DNA from: Promethearchaeota archaeon
GTDB lineage: Archaea; Asgardarchaeota; Lokiarchaeia; Sigyniarchaeales; SOKP01
Length of the DNA: 64,000 nt
NCBI GenBank assembly: GCA_016839555.1
Contig: JAEOUA010000002.1
Coordinates: 1 to 64,000, forward strand
Direction: 5' to 3'
The translations under genes and the position numbers were made by a program. Shown piece by piece: positions 39,571 to 50,709 of this stretch (its first letter is position 1; each line of letters starts with the position of its first letter). The notes below the pieces were generated by a model. It did not search any database and was not told where the DNA came from. It saw only the letters and a program-made list of their open reading frames with translations.

Positions 39571-41112
39571 TTAAGTTCCAGCAATTCTTTTTGGAATCCT
39601 AGTCTGTGCTTTCAAGTTTTCATGAAATAGTTTGTTCAAAAGCTTAAACCTAATATTTTTGTAATCAGAATTAAACCAGAGATTATTTAATTCATTTGGA
39701 TCATTTTTACGATCAAATAAATCTCCATAATTTTCTGTATTTTGTTCTTCATCCTCATATACAGTTAATTTATAATCTTTCGTGATAAGATGGCGTAAGC
39801 GCACGTAGAGTGGTCCCTTAGGTCCTACTTCTTCATCATTTTCTATAAAACAACACTCTCTAATTTCTTTTTCAGGATTATCTAAGACTGGAGTAAAGTC
39901 AAATCCTTGCATATCTGGAGGATGATTTCGCTCTTTTATGCCAAGTAAATGAAGGATTGTTTTAGGCAAATCAATTGAACTAATTAATGCATCCGTTTCA
40001 GACGCTTTCTTAATATTGGGACCTCGGAATATAAGAGGCACTTGAAACACTCCATTGAACGGAGAGGGTCCTTTAAATAATAAACCATGCTCCCCCATGA
40101 GATCGCCATGATCGCTCGTATAAACTACAATGGTATTCTCATCATATCCTAATTTTTCTAAGGACGCTAAAATCTGTCCAATACTATGATCAATTAAAGC
40201 CAATGTACCATATGTCCATGCTATAAACTGCTTTGCTTCCTCTGCAGTAGTTTCTCTTAACATTGCTCCAGGAAAGACATTTATATAAGGGGCTAAAAAA
40301 GGGTGTTTCCGAAGATTTTCAATATCATTAAAATTTTCCGGCAAATTGACATCCTCAGGTTTATACATATCTCTGTATTTTCCAGGAGGACAAACTGGTT
40401 GATGGGGGTCTGGGAATGAACAATGCACATAGAAAGGTTTTTTACCGTATTCTCCTTTAGCATGACGTTCCAAAAATGCGATTGTACGTTCTTCCACATA
40501 TGCTGTGGAATATAACTCAACTGGTAAATCATGTTCACAAAACACAGAGAAAAAATGATCAATATCCTCCCATCGTTTTCGCATTGATTTGGCTAAGTGG
40601 GGAGCTCTCTCTTCTAACCAATCTTGATAGTGTCCCGTTAAGCAAGGACCATGCCCAATAGCAGTTTCTACTTCTTGATACCCATAATAGGGAATAGGAA
40701 AGTTTTCTCTTACGGGGTACCATCCTTCTTTTGGAAAAACCCAATCTCCAAAACTCTCAGTAGATTTGTCTTGAATACGATATGGCGGAGTATTAAATTG
40801 ATGGTGAAGTTTACCAAATGCAGCTGTGTGCCAACCTTTTTCTACTAATGTATCAAGAATTGTGGGTATCTTTTCTGATAAAATCATTCCATTACTTCTG
40901 ACTCCATGTACATTAGGATATAAGCCCGTAATCATTGTTGCTCGATTTGGCATACACATAGGATTAGTACAAAATGCATTGGTAAATCGAACTCCTTGAG
41001 AAGCTAATTTATCCAGATTTGGAGTTTTAAGAACGGTATTTCCTGCACAGCTCATATGATCCGCACGATGCTGATCAGTTATAATAAAGAGTACGTTTTT
41101 CTTTTTGCTCAT
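39571..41112 (-). CDS. Cys-type (formylglycine-dependent) sulfatase
   Basis: TDQHRAD, CMPNRA..TG, GKLH, FPDPH, TSDHG, DPNELNNL. Confidence 0.92.
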   Translation of the reverse strand: MSKKKNVLFIITDQHRADHMSCAGNTVLKTPNLDKLASQGVRFTNAFCTNPMCMPNRATMITGLYPNVHGVRSNGMILSEKIPTILDTLVEKGWHTAAFGKLHHQFNTPPYRIQDKSTESFGDWVFPKEGWYPVRENFPIPYYGYQEVETAIGHGPCLTGHYQDWLEERAPHLAKSMRKRWEDIDHFFSVFCEHDLPVELYSTAYVEERTIAFLERHAKGEYGKKPFYVHCSFPDPHQPVCPPGKYRDMYKPEDVNLPENFNDIENLRKHPFLAPYINVFPGAMLRETTAEEAKQFIAWTYGTLALIDHSIGQILASLEKLGYDENTIVVYTSDHGDLMGEHGLLFKGPSPFNGVFQVPLIFRGPNIKKASETDALISSIDLPKTILHLLGIKERNHPPDMQGFDFTPVLDNPEKEIRECCFIENDEEVGPKGPLYVRLRHLITKDYKLTVYEDEEQNTENYGDLFDRKNDPNELNNLWFNSDYKNIRFKLLNKLFHENLKAQTRIPKRIAGT

Positions 41113-41342
41113 ATCAATTATATACCTACAAATTTCTTTATAAGATTTTATGAAGAATTGTTATTAAATTAAGAGGTATAAGAATGATAATAATAAGAGG
41201 TTAACTACGTATAAATTAAACCCTAATAGATAATGAACAAGTATTAAAATATAAAAATATAAAAAAATAAAAAAATAAAAAAGAACTAATGATAAAATCA
41301 AAAGGAATGAATTTGGACTTTTTAGTTCTTAATTCTTTATAT

Positions 41343-42812
41343 TTATTTAGCCAATGTTTTGGTCACTGGAGTACAACCTAATCTATCCTTAAATGTGCGC
41401 ATGAAGTCCATATCAATCGGTTCATTCGCATCCTCCCAGCTCAACTTTAGTAATTCTTCTGCCTTATCTGGGGTTTCTGAAATGACATTCTGGGTTAATT
41501 TGGGATCTTTCTTGACATCATATAAACTGCCCCCTTCTGTGTCCCATATATATCCATTGTACCACCAATCTCCATCGTATACCGCAACAGATCCTCCCCA
41601 AGCAACCGTCACGTGATCATAATATGTTAAATCATCATCCTGAACTAATTTAAACAAATCTTTACCATCCATATCATTAGAAGGGACACCACAAGATTCA
41701 CAGAGCGTTGCGGCAATATCATGATGATAACAGAACTTATCGCAAGTTTTACCACTATATTCACCACCAGGAAATCGGATCATTGCGACAAGATCAGCTA
41801 CTTCCCTTCCTAATGGATTAGCTGCCTTTGCTATAAGACCATGTTCACCCAACATATGTCCATGATCGGAAACGACAACTATGATAGAATCGTCCCAGAT
41901 CCCGATGCGTTTGATATAATCTATGAAATAGCCGAACCATGTGTCTACGAGCGTCACTTCCCCAGCATATCGAGTTCGTAGATTTTTAAGTTCTTGTTCA
42001 GAAATCATACTTGCTGGTCCATAAAGTGAATGGGTTATTCTTCGGCATCCCTTTTCCCAATCAGGATCTTTTTCATAAATTCGAATATAATGAAGTGGTG
42101 GATCCCATGGTTCATGTGGATCAAAAGATTCTACAGTAATAAAGCCTTTTCCTTTCATTAAAGCATTATAATTCATTTCCAGCCATTCGCCAGCTGCGCG
42201 AAATACACGGGAAGGAAAAGTATCGGTTTCGGCCTGCCACCAATGTTTATTTTGAAGGAATTGGCGCATCATTATCTGCGCAAAAAAGCTGCCTGCTGAT
42301 CTTCCATCTTCTCTTGAAGTAAGGTATTTCTGTAGCGTTTCATCTGAGATCCGTGGTCCAGAAAGATATGCATCTTCTTCCTGTCCACGTATCCATCTCC
42401 ATTGAGAAAAGCCGCGCTGATAATTATATCCCGGCTTAAATTGATGATAAACATCCGAGAACAAAGCTGATACATATTTTTTCCGATTGAATCGTTCAGC
42501 AAGAGTATCATGGGAATCTGAAATATTACTCCACCCGGGAGCGCCAAGTGCATCACCAACATAGTCTCCCCGTCCAGTTCTGGTTTCACCAATCTTATCC
42601 TCCTTAAAAGGAAATACTCTTTTCCCAGTATAGATAGCCTTTCGTGCTGGGAGAGTCGGTAATGATTCAGGATACATTTTTGTGAATTTAACGGACTCTT
42701 GAGCAAATTTATCCAGATTTGGTGTTTTTATCCACTCATTGCCATATGCTCCGACATGATCTGACCTCAATGTATCAATTACAATTAGTATAGCATTAAT
42801 TTTTTTTCTCAT
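41343..42812 (-). CDS. Sulfatase-like alkaline phosphatase superfamily hydrolase with Thr at the nucleophile position
   Basis: DTLRSDH, SLPTLPARKAIYTG, FDPHEPWDPP, YAGEVTLVD, SDHG. Confidence 0.85.
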   Translation of the reverse strand: MRKKINAILIVIDTLRSDHVGAYGNEWIKTPNLDKFAQESVKFTKMYPESLPTLPARKAIYTGKRVFPFKEDKIGETRTGRGDYVGDALGAPGWSNISDSHDTLAERFNRKKYVSALFSDVYHQFKPGYNYQRGFSQWRWIRGQEEDAYLSGPRISDETLQKYLTSREDGRSAGSFFAQIMMRQFLQNKHWWQAETDTFPSRVFRAAGEWLEMNYNALMKGKGFITVESFDPHEPWDPPLHYIRIYEKDPDWEKGCRRITHSLYGPASMISEQELKNLRTRYAGEVTLVDTWFGYFIDYIKRIGIWDDSIIVVVSDHGHMLGEHGLIAKAANPLGREVADLVAMIRFPGGEYSGKTCDKFCYHHDIAATLCESCGVPSNDMDGKDLFKLVQDDDLTYYDHVTVAWGGSVAVYDGDWWYNGYIWDTEGGSLYDVKKDPKLTQNVISETPDKAEELLKLSWEDANEPIDMDFMRTFKDRLGCTPVTKTLAK

Positions 42813-42901
42813 TTAGATTTTATACCTATAGATTCATAATATTTAACATATATTCTTACAATATTCCTCTTCTTAATATAATTATTGTTATTAAAAAGAA
42901 C

Positions 42902-43768
42902 TTATTGTAATGGATATTGCGGTTCTCTCTTTTCAAAGAATGCTTGAACACCCTCCATAATATCGTCTGATGTTGAGCAGAGCATTTGGGTGCGATTTTC
43001 TAATTGAATCATTGTTTCTAAACTCGGAGAGTCCATAGATAAATTAATAGCTTCCTTCGTCATTCGAAGGCCTAAAGGGCTTTTACTGAGCATAACTTTT
43101 GCTAATTTTTCAGCACTTTCGAATAAATCATTTTCATTTCCTTTTACAACATCTGAGACCAACCCAATTTTCTCAGCTTCTTCTGCATTAATAAATCTCC
43201 CTGTATATAAGATTTCAGCTGCTCTTGACATACCAATTAATCGAGGTAAATGATAACTACTAGCTAAATCTGCTCCAGAGAATCCAACATTAATAAATGC
43301 GTTATTAAACCTAGCATTTTCTCCCGCAATACGTACATCTGCTGCAAGAGCAAAGGCAAAACCTGCTCCAGAAGCAGCTCCTTGTATTATTGCAATAATT
43401 GGTTGGCTTATTTTCCTCATTTTTACAATCAATTGGCTTGTTCTCCACTGTGCGTACATTTTTGCTTTAATAATATCTTTATCTGGAACATTTAGAAAAT
43501 AAAAATTTTCTTTTAATGCTTCTGGTTTCTTCTTTGATTGAAGAATCATCGATTCTTTTAAATCCAATCCAGCACAAAAGACTCTTCCTGAAGCTTTTAA
43601 AATCAATACCCTACAATTTAAATTTACAATTAACTCATCTAATAATTCATGCAATTCTTTTATCATCTGGAATGACATCGCGTTTAATTTATCTGGTCTA
43701 TTAAGTGTTAAAACACCTATTCCATTTGGCTTTAATTCAAATTTTATTGTTTTGAATTCGGTATTCAA
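42902..43768 (-). CDS. Enoyl-CoA hydratase/isomerase (crotonase) family protein
   Basis: LNRPDKLNA, FCAGLDL, GAGFAFALAADVR, LPRLIG, AFFEKREP. Confidence 0.92.
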   Translation of the reverse strand: MNTEFKTIKFELKPNGIGVLTLNRPDKLNAMSFQMIKELHELLDELIVNLNCRVLILKASGRVFCAGLDLKESMILQSKKKPEALKENFYFLNVPDKDIIKAKMYAQWRTSQLIVKMRKISQPIIAIIQGAASGAGFAFALAADVRIAGENARFNNAFINVGFSGADLASSYHLPRLIGMSRAAEILYTGRFINAEEAEKIGLVSDVVKGNENDLFESAEKLAKVMLSKSPLGLRMTKEAINLSMDSPSLETMIQLENRTQMLCSTSDDIMEGVQAFFEKREPQYPLQ

Positions 43769-43883
43769 ATTCGACCACCTTTTATGGTTTAAAAATAATA
43801 TTAATTTTTAAGAATGTATTTATTAATTTTTTCAAATTTAAAAAGGCAATAATAAAAGAAATTTTATACTAAATTAATAAGAA

Positions 43884-45164
43884 TTAAATCCCTTTAGTTA
43901 ATCCAAAAATTAGCTTATCCCTACTGATATATACTATAATAAAAGCAATCACTTCATTTAATACGAGCGCTACTAAAGAAAGTATCAATATAAAGAGATT
44001 AAAGTTTAGGCTTAAATGATAAAGACCTCTTAAAACATATGTTATAAAAAATGAGATAATTAACAAATTTAATTTATTCATTACCTTTTTCTCTTCTTTA
44101 TTATTTTCGGATTCCTTTATAATATTAGTCAAACATATTCCACTGAGATAAAGGAAAAAAGGAAAAAATGGTAGAATCAATCGGGGATCACCAGGAATCG
44201 CCATAAAAATACTTAAATATAAAAAATTTATTCCCACCACGATAAAAATGAAAAAGATTTGTGTTTTTTTTATATTTTTAATCAATAAATAAACACCCAT
44301 TAAAGTTAAACATATTCCAAGCAGAATAAATAAATGAAAGAATTCATATGGAATACCAAAAATAAGACCAGAAAATATCGCATTAATTATTCCTTCAATA
44401 GTAAACAAAGTAATATTATATATGAAATCAAAAGCTAATGCGTGATAATGGAAATTATAGAACGGATCACCAACTTTATATTCAAAATATAATGCCCAAA
44501 TAAAAAATGTGCATAAAAAAGAAATTAATATTATCGCAAGTTTAATAATAGATGCTTTTTCAATCTTTATAAACCTTAAATAAGGAATTAGGGAAAAAAA
44601 TAATATACCCACAACAATAAAAAGCCCAAAAGTTAAATGAGTTAATGTTAAAGCTAAAACAGATAAAGATAAGTAAATATTGTTTTTTAAGGATTTCTCT
44701 TCTTTGATTACGGTAAAATAAAAAATTAAAAGGCATAATAAAGAAATAAGTTCTTCTCTCAATCCTGTTCCATTATTATACACCAAATAGAAATTCAAAG
44801 CCACTAAAAAACTAGTTATTAAGCCCGCCAATTTGGCATGTTTTAGTTGATATTTCTCATTTTGAAATAATTTTAATGAGGCTTTGGTAAAAATTAAATA
44901 AGAATATATTATTAGTAATATACCTGCGATTAATGAAGTTAAATTAATTGCTAGACCATTATTTCCCGTTATTAATAGAATTATTAATATAAATAAAGGA
45001 AATAATGGTGGCCTATAAGAAGCATAATTCAAAAATTCGCGAGTTGAAAGAACATAAATATCAGCATCAGGATTTAAAGGTACAATTATAGTCGAAATAA
45101 ATCTTGCTATGCTACCAATTAATAAAACAATTAAAAAAAGATAATCATATTTCGATAAATTCAT
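43884..45164 (-). CDS. Putative GT-C fold membrane glycosyltransferase (ArnT/PMT-like)
   Basis: First-loop PDADIY...YRPPLFP, GLREE, PRLILP; many TM helices. Confidence 0.65.
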   Translation of the reverse strand: MNLSKYDYLFLIVLLIGSIARFISTIIVPLNPDADIYVLSTREFLNYASYRPPLFPLFILIILLITGNNGLAINLTSLIAGILLIIYSYLIFTKASLKLFQNEKYQLKHAKLAGLITSFLVALNFYLVYNNGTGLREELISLLCLLIFYFTVIKEEKSLKNNIYLSLSVLALTLTHLTFGLFIVVGILFFSLIPYLRFIKIEKASIIKLAIILISFLCTFFIWALYFEYKVGDPFYNFHYHALAFDFIYNITLFTIEGIINAIFSGLIFGIPYEFFHLFILLGICLTLMGVYLLIKNIKKTQIFFIFIVVGINFLYLSIFMAIPGDPRLILPFFPFFLYLSGICLTNIIKESENNKEEKKVMNKLNLLIISFFITYVLRGLYHLSLNFNLFILILSLVALVLNEVIAFIIVYISRDKLIFGLTKGI

Positions 45165-45340
45165 TTTTAAAGAATTTTCAATTGTAATTTATAATATGGT
45201 AATATAATAATATTTAATAATTATTTTTAAGTAAATAATTCACTTCTAATAAATTGTAGTTATAAATGAGAAATTTTTTTATAATATTACTATTTGCATC
45301 GCATAATTTTAAGGAAATAAAAAGTTGAGAGTGAGTTAAA

Positions 45341-46717
45341 ATTAGGTTTAATATTCAAAATTTTTTAAAAAGAAATGTAAAACCAGCAACAGGATGCACT
45401 GAACCGAGTGCTATAGCATATGCCACTTCCATTGCGTATAATGCATTATTTAATAAATCTATCAATTATAAAAACGATATTCTGATTTTTTCTAATAAAT
45501 CTGAGAAATTTTCATTAGAAAACTTGCAGCAAATTCAAATAGAATCAGATAGAGATGTTTATAAAAATGCTTTTGCTGTTACAATTCCTGGGACAGATGG
45601 ACAAAAAGGTATGGAAATCGCAGCAGCAATAGGGTTCTACTGCAATCCGAATAAAAAATTAAATTTATTTAAAGATATAAACATGAACATAGTTAAGAAA
45701 GCTAATGAAATTCTAGATTCTGGCAAAATAGTAATAAATTATTTGAAAAAACAGAAGAAAAAGCCACAGCTAGATATTCAAGTTACACTTAAATATAAAA
45801 TCAAAGATAAATTTCATATTTCTTATGTAAGATTACAAGATGAGCACGATAATATTACATTAATTCAAGTTAATGATGAAAAATTATATGAGGGATCAAG
45901 AAGGCTCGAAGCATTCGAAAGGGAAGAATTTCCTGAAACTATAGAGGAGATGATTAAAATCGTTAAATCGATGTCATTAACAGAAAAAGAACTAGTTTAT
46001 GAAGGAATTCTTATGAATAAAGCTGTTGCAGAAGAGGGATTGAAAGAAGATTATGGGCAAAACATAGGAAAAGCTTTACATATTATGGCAAAAACATATG
46101 GAATTGAACATTCTCTTATTATGCAAGGGAGAATTAAAGCGGCGGCCGCAGCAGATGCACGAATGGGAGGATGTAACTTACCAGTGATGAGTACTTCTGG
46201 ATCTGGAAATCAAGGAATTACCGCATTAGTTCCAATATCAGTAATTGGAGAATTAAAAGAAGCAAGTTATGATAAAATTTGTGAAGCGGCTCTTCTTTCT
46301 CATTTAATCACAAAAATGACCCATCTATATTCAACTCACTTGTCTGCCCTATGCGGATGCGCAATCAAGGCAGGTATCGGAGCAACTGCTGGGATAACTT
46401 ATCTTCTTAATGGTTCTTTGGAACAAATTCACAACGCAATCAATCTACTTGCTGCTAATATTACGGGTATAATCTGCGATGGAGCAAAAGCAGGTTGTGC
46501 GCTAAAACTTTCTACTGCTGCAGGAGTTGCCCTCGAATCTGCATTAATGGCCCTAGAAGGAATCAAGATCCCCTCTGATAATGGAATTATATTTCCAAGG
46601 GCAGAAGATACCATTAAAGCCATTGGAAAGATTAGCGATTCAATGGTAGAAACGGATTATGTTATTCTTGAAATAATTCAGCAAAAAGCAATGAAAAATA
46701 GAAAATATATATCATAA
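45341..46717 (+). CDS. L-cysteine desulfidase (YhaM/CyuA, serine dehydratase alpha family)
   Basis: In-frame N-terminal PATGCTEP upstream of the track start at 45524; KNAFAVTIPG, DARMGG..PVMSTSGSGNQG, LSALCGC, GIICDGAKAGCALK. Confidence 0.88.
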   Translation: MRFNIQNFLKRNVKPATGCTEPSAIAYATSIAYNALFNKSINYKNDILIFSNKSEKFSLENLQQIQIESDRDVYKNAFAVTIPGTDGQKGMEIAAAIGFYCNPNKKLNLFKDINMNIVKKANEILDSGKIVINYLKKQKKKPQLDIQVTLKYKIKDKFHISYVRLQDEHDNITLIQVNDEKLYEGSRRLEAFEREEFPETIEEMIKIVKSMSLTEKELVYEGILMNKAVAEEGLKEDYGQNIGKALHIMAKTYGIEHSLIMQGRIKAAAAADARMGGCNLPVMSTSGSGNQGITALVPISVIGELKEASYDKICEAALLSHLITKMTHLYSTHLSALCGCAIKAGIGATAGITYLLNGSLEQIHNAINLLAANITGIICDGAKAGCALKLSTAAGVALESALMALEGIKIPSDNGIIFPRAEDTIKAIGKISDSMVETDYVILEIIQQKAMKNRKYIS

Positions 46718-46719
46718 AT

Positions 46720-47271
46720 CTAACTAAATTGTTGAATTTCTTCAGCAAAAATGTACCAGAATAAGCCAATTACGCAATATGCGTTAGAAATTTTTCCCAT
46801 TTTTAAATACTTTTTAACTTGAGAAAGAGATGCAAATTCTATTTCAATAATCTCATTTGGATCAAACTTAGGAGTTCCTTTTTCTGAAAGATCTGCTAAA
46901 AACGTATAAACTTGATTAGTCATGAAAGCAGGATTAGCATAAACACACCCAATCTGCTGAATTTTTTTAGTTTTATATCCCGTCTCTTCTTTTAACTCTC
47001 GCACAGCAGCTTCTTTAAGTGTCTCACCTTGTTCCACAATTCCTCCAGGGATTTCTAATTCTATTTTATTATTTCCAAAACGAAATTGCTTAATTAGTAA
47101 GATTTGGTTATCCTTATTGATTCCCACTATATTAACCCAATCGGACAACTCAAGGATATTTGCTTTAAATTCTTTTTTTGTATCTGGTCTTTGATAAGTT
47201 TTTCTTACTATATTAAAAATATTCAAAGACAATAATTCTTCAGATTTTATATTTTTCCATTTATCTATCAT
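46720..47271 (-). CDS. NUDIX hydrolase (NudF/ADP-ribose pyrophosphatase type)
   Basis: KQFR...EIPGGIVEQGE..KEAAVRELKEETGY, NPAF. Confidence 0.9.
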   Translation of the reverse strand: MIDKWKNIKSEELLSLNIFNIVRKTYQRPDTKKEFKANILELSDWVNIVGINKDNQILLIKQFRFGNNKIELEIPGGIVEQGETLKEAAVRELKEETGYKTKKIQQIGCVYANPAFMTNQVYTFLADLSEKGTPKFDPNEIIEIEFASLSQVKKYLKMGKISNAYCVIGLFWYIFAEEIQQFS

Positions 47272-47329
47272 AATTATTAAATAATTGGTTTTACTCTAAT
47301 TATATATAAATTTTCAAAGGATTTCCTTT

Positions 47330-47719
47330 TTACTCTCTTTTTATACTTATAAGATTAAGGTTTTTCATTAAGATAAGAACAAATACTGACCACAAAATAT
47401 CATAAATCATTATTGGAAGGAGTATAATCAAAAATTCCGGATAAGTTGGCAATTGGATTATAGAACATATAATCATAATTATCCTAAGCAAAATATTAAC
47501 TAAGGGAATTATCCGATATGCTAACATATTTTTAGAAGAAACAATCAGTAATATTCCAAATCCTATTAAAAAAGTTCCTGCCATCTGGTTAAAGACTGGA
47601 ATCAAAACTATTCCAATTTCCATAAAAAATAGGTGAATCAATAAGAAAAAAGCTCCAATTAAAATCTCAACTATTCCGCCTAGAATTAATAAGCATTTTA
47701 AGAGCTTTTTAAGATTCAT
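47330..47719 (-). CDS. Four-TM membrane protein
   Basis: Hydrophobic 129-aa ORF. Confidence 0.7.
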   Translation of the reverse strand: MNLKKLLKCLLILGGIVEILIGAFFLLIHLFFMEIGIVLIPVFNQMAGTFLIGFGILLIVSSKNMLAYRIIPLVNILLRIIMIICSIIQLPTYPEFLIILLPIMIYDILWSVFVLILMKNLNLISIKRE

Positions 47720-47791
47720 AGTTAAAATAAAAAAATAATGAAAGAAATTAAAACTTTAATTTTCAATTTAGGAATTTTTTACTAGTATCTT

Positions 47792-48367
47792 TTAGGCATT
47801 TATTTTTTTAAGCACATACGCAAAATTTTGTCCAAGAGTTTTAAAGGTTTGAATTCCCTCTTCATCATTCAGAACTTCTCCCGGTTGTTTCCCATATCCT
47901 AAATTCCAATAACTAGAGCCCACTACAATCATCTGAGAGATTAAAAAGAAATAATTGATTGAAGAAAATACGTGAGCGCCCCCGCCTCTCCTCACTGCTA
48001 TCACTCCGGCCCCAACCTTTCTTTTTAATAAATTTCCACTCGCTCCACACACTTCTCCTGCCCTTTCTATTAAAGCCTTCATATTTGCCGTAACATTGGC
48101 ATAATAGGTTGGAGATCCTAAGATTATCCCATCAGCATCGATCATTTTCTTAATATATTCATTCATTTTATCCCCTGTTAGAACACATTTACCATCTTTA
48201 TTCTCCGCACAACTGCCACATGCCGTGCAACCTTCTAAATTTTCTCCCCCAATCCATATATATTCACATTCTATTCCTTCTTTTGTTAACTCATTAATTA
48301 TGATATTAAGACAATTGTATGTATTACCTTCTTTTCTAGGACTACTATTGAACAAAACAACTTTCAT
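47792..48367 (-). CDS. Iron-sulfur flavoprotein (Isf)/NADPH-dependent FMN reductase family
   Basis: SPRKEGNT, CTACGSC...C cluster motif, GSPTYY, RRGG, GSSYWN. Confidence 0.9.
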   Translation of the reverse strand: MKVVLFNSSPRKEGNTYNCLNIIINELTKEGIECEYIWIGGENLEGCTACGSCAENKDGKCVLTGDKMNEYIKKMIDADGIILGSPTYYANVTANMKALIERAGEVCGASGNLLKRKVGAGVIAVRRGGGAHVFSSINYFFLISQMIVVGSSYWNLGYGKQPGEVLNDEEGIQTFKTLGQNFAYVLKKINA

Positions 48368-48455
48368 TATACTTATCCTTATTCTAATTTAATTTATTTT
48401 TCTTTTAGAAATTAAAATAAATTAATATAATTAATTATACAATCATAATAAAAAT

Positions 48456-49712
48456 TTGAAAAAAAGCATGATCGACTTACATAATCATAAAATTGAGCTT
48501 TTAGCACCTGTTCAAGATTGGAAAACCTTAAAATTTCTTGAAAATATTCCGGATTCGATTTATTTTGGCACAACCCATTATAATATGAGACTAAAGGCAC
48601 AAAATTTTCGAATAGAAGATCTTTCGAAAATTACGGAATATTGCCATTCCATGGATCCTCCTATAAAAGCATATTTATGTACCAATATTTTGATTTATAA
48701 TGCAGAATTGAATGGTTTAGAAAATCTTATTAAGGAGGCAAAGGATGCAGAAATCGATGCAATTATTGCCCATGATATGGCAGTACTTCAATTAGCTAAA
48801 AAGTATAGTATTAAATTTCATATATCCACTCAAGCAAATGTTTCTAATATTATCTCAGCCAAATTTTATGAGGATTTAGGGGCAGAAAGAATAATATTGG
48901 CACGAGAATTGAGCTTAAACCAGATCCGTGAAATAAAAAAGAGTTTAAAGAGCGCAAAAATTGAATGTTTTATTCACGGTTCGATGTGTACTTCTATTAG
49001 CGGAAGATGCTACTTCTCGGCAACAATTAAACATTCACAGAGATTTTCTGCTAATCGGGGAAATTGCGTGCAGCCTTGTAGAAGAAAATGGCGAGTGATT
49101 GATGATTAAAATAATGAGTTTATTTATGATGGTCAAATGTTCCTAAATGCAAAAGATTTATGTATGATTGAATATATCCCCGATTTAATTGAAGCTAATA
49201 TCGATGCTTTTAAAATAGAAGGAAGGATGAAAGACCCCCTCTACGTAAAAACTGTCGCCTCATGCTATAAAGAAGCTATAAGTAGTTATTATGATGCAAC
49301 CTTTTCTAAGAAAAAAGTAAAGGACTGGCTTAAAAGATTATTAAAAGTATATAATAGAGGGTTTCATACTGGTTTTTATTTTCAAAACCCTACTCCGAGT
49401 GATATACAATTAAATAAAAGAGGTAATATCTCCCCTCATAAAAAGCATTATATTGGAAGGATTTTAACCTATAATGAAAAAATTAAAACTGCTGAGCTCC
49501 TAATTGAAGCGAAAAGTTTGCCAATAATAGAAGGGAATGAATTTATTATAGAAGGGGATGATACCTACCTCTTAGAAAAATTTAATAATTTATTATTACA
49601 TGGCACGCAAATTCATTCTATCCAGAGGGATAAAGAAGATTTTCCAATTAAAATCAATGTGAAACTTGAAAATCCAGTTCTTTCAGGAGACAAAATATAC
49701 AAGTTTCAATAA
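48456..49712 (+). pseudogene. U32-family (TrhP/collagenase-like) protein interrupted by one in-frame TAA at 49107-49109
   Basis: ELLAP, STQAN, ILARELS, HGSMC..SGRC, NRGNCVQPCR, then *NNEFIYDGQMFLNAKDLC, KIEGR in the same frame. Confidence 0.88.
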
Positions 49713-49865
49713 GCTAATCATTCTTGCTTTGTACTAATACTATTAAATTAGAAAAAATCAAAAGAGATAAGTAAAACATCTGTAAATTGTTAATTATAAA
49801 AGAAAATAAATATAATAGAAATAATTGTTTCAATATAGGTATTATTATAAACTGGAGATAATAAA

Positions 49866-50543
49866 ATGGATTTTGAAGAAAATAGACGTGAATTGGTTGA
49901 AAATCTTAAAGAGCGAGGTATATTGACACAAAAAAAAGTTATTAATGCCATGTTAAAAGTTCCCAGAGAACAATTTATTCCTAAAAGTGTCAAATCTTCT
50001 GCCTATATAGACACTCCATTATCAATTGGTTCCGGACAAACTATAAGTGCGCCTCATATGAATGCGATGATGTGTGAGATTTTAGATTTTAAGGAAGGTG
50101 ATAAAGTATTAGAAATTGGCACTGGATCGGGCTATCACGCTGCTTTATGCGCGGAATTAGTGGCTCCCGAAGGCAGTAAAAATCCGGGCCACATCTATAC
50201 TATTGAAAGACATGAAAATTTAGCTAAAAAGGCTCGAGAGAATTTAAGAAATTTAGATTATGATAAACATATTTCTGTGATCATTGGAGATGGCACTGTG
50301 GGATATCCAAAAGAAGCTCCTTATGACAAAATTTTAGTAACCGCCGCTTCTCCGCTACCTATTCCTTCACCTTTTAAAGAACAATTAAAAGACGGAGGTA
50401 TATTATGTATTCCTGCAGGCTCAAGACAATTCACTCAAAATCTATATAAAATCACTAAAAAGGGAGATAAATTTAAGAAAAAAAGGATTACAGGAGTGAG
50501 ATTCGTAAGTCTCATAGGAAAACATGGGTTTAATGAATCTTAA
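49866..50543 (+). CDS. pcm: Protein-L-isoaspartate O-methyltransferase
   Basis: VPREQF, AYIDTPL.IG.GQTISAPHM, LEIGTGSGY, APYDKILVTAA, VRFVSL. Confidence 0.95.
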   Translation: MDFEENRRELVENLKERGILTQKKVINAMLKVPREQFIPKSVKSSAYIDTPLSIGSGQTISAPHMNAMMCEILDFKEGDKVLEIGTGSGYHAALCAELVAPEGSKNPGHIYTIERHENLAKKARENLRNLDYDKHISVIIGDGTVGYPKEAPYDKILVTAASPLPIPSPFKEQLKDGGILCIPAGSRQFTQNLYKITKKGDKFKKKRITGVRFVSLIGKHGFNES

Positions 50544-50709
50544 TTATTATAATTTAAAAAAAAAGATAATTTAAATAAAAATAGCATTATAACTAATTAA
50601 TTTAAAATCTCGTTTTGACAAAAGATGAATATTGTTTTTTGTTTTTCTCTTCTGGATTTTAATGATTGATAACGTTAACCATCCAACTGAAAATTCTTAA
50701 AAAAAATAT

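Noticed and set aside
49107-49109. Stop-codon recoding in the U32 gene
   Set aside because: The codon is TAA, the normal stop of most genes here, and no recoding signal is evident.
50544-50709. Cobalamin riboswitch upstream of nrdJ
   Set aside because: No B12-box or structured GC-rich segment.
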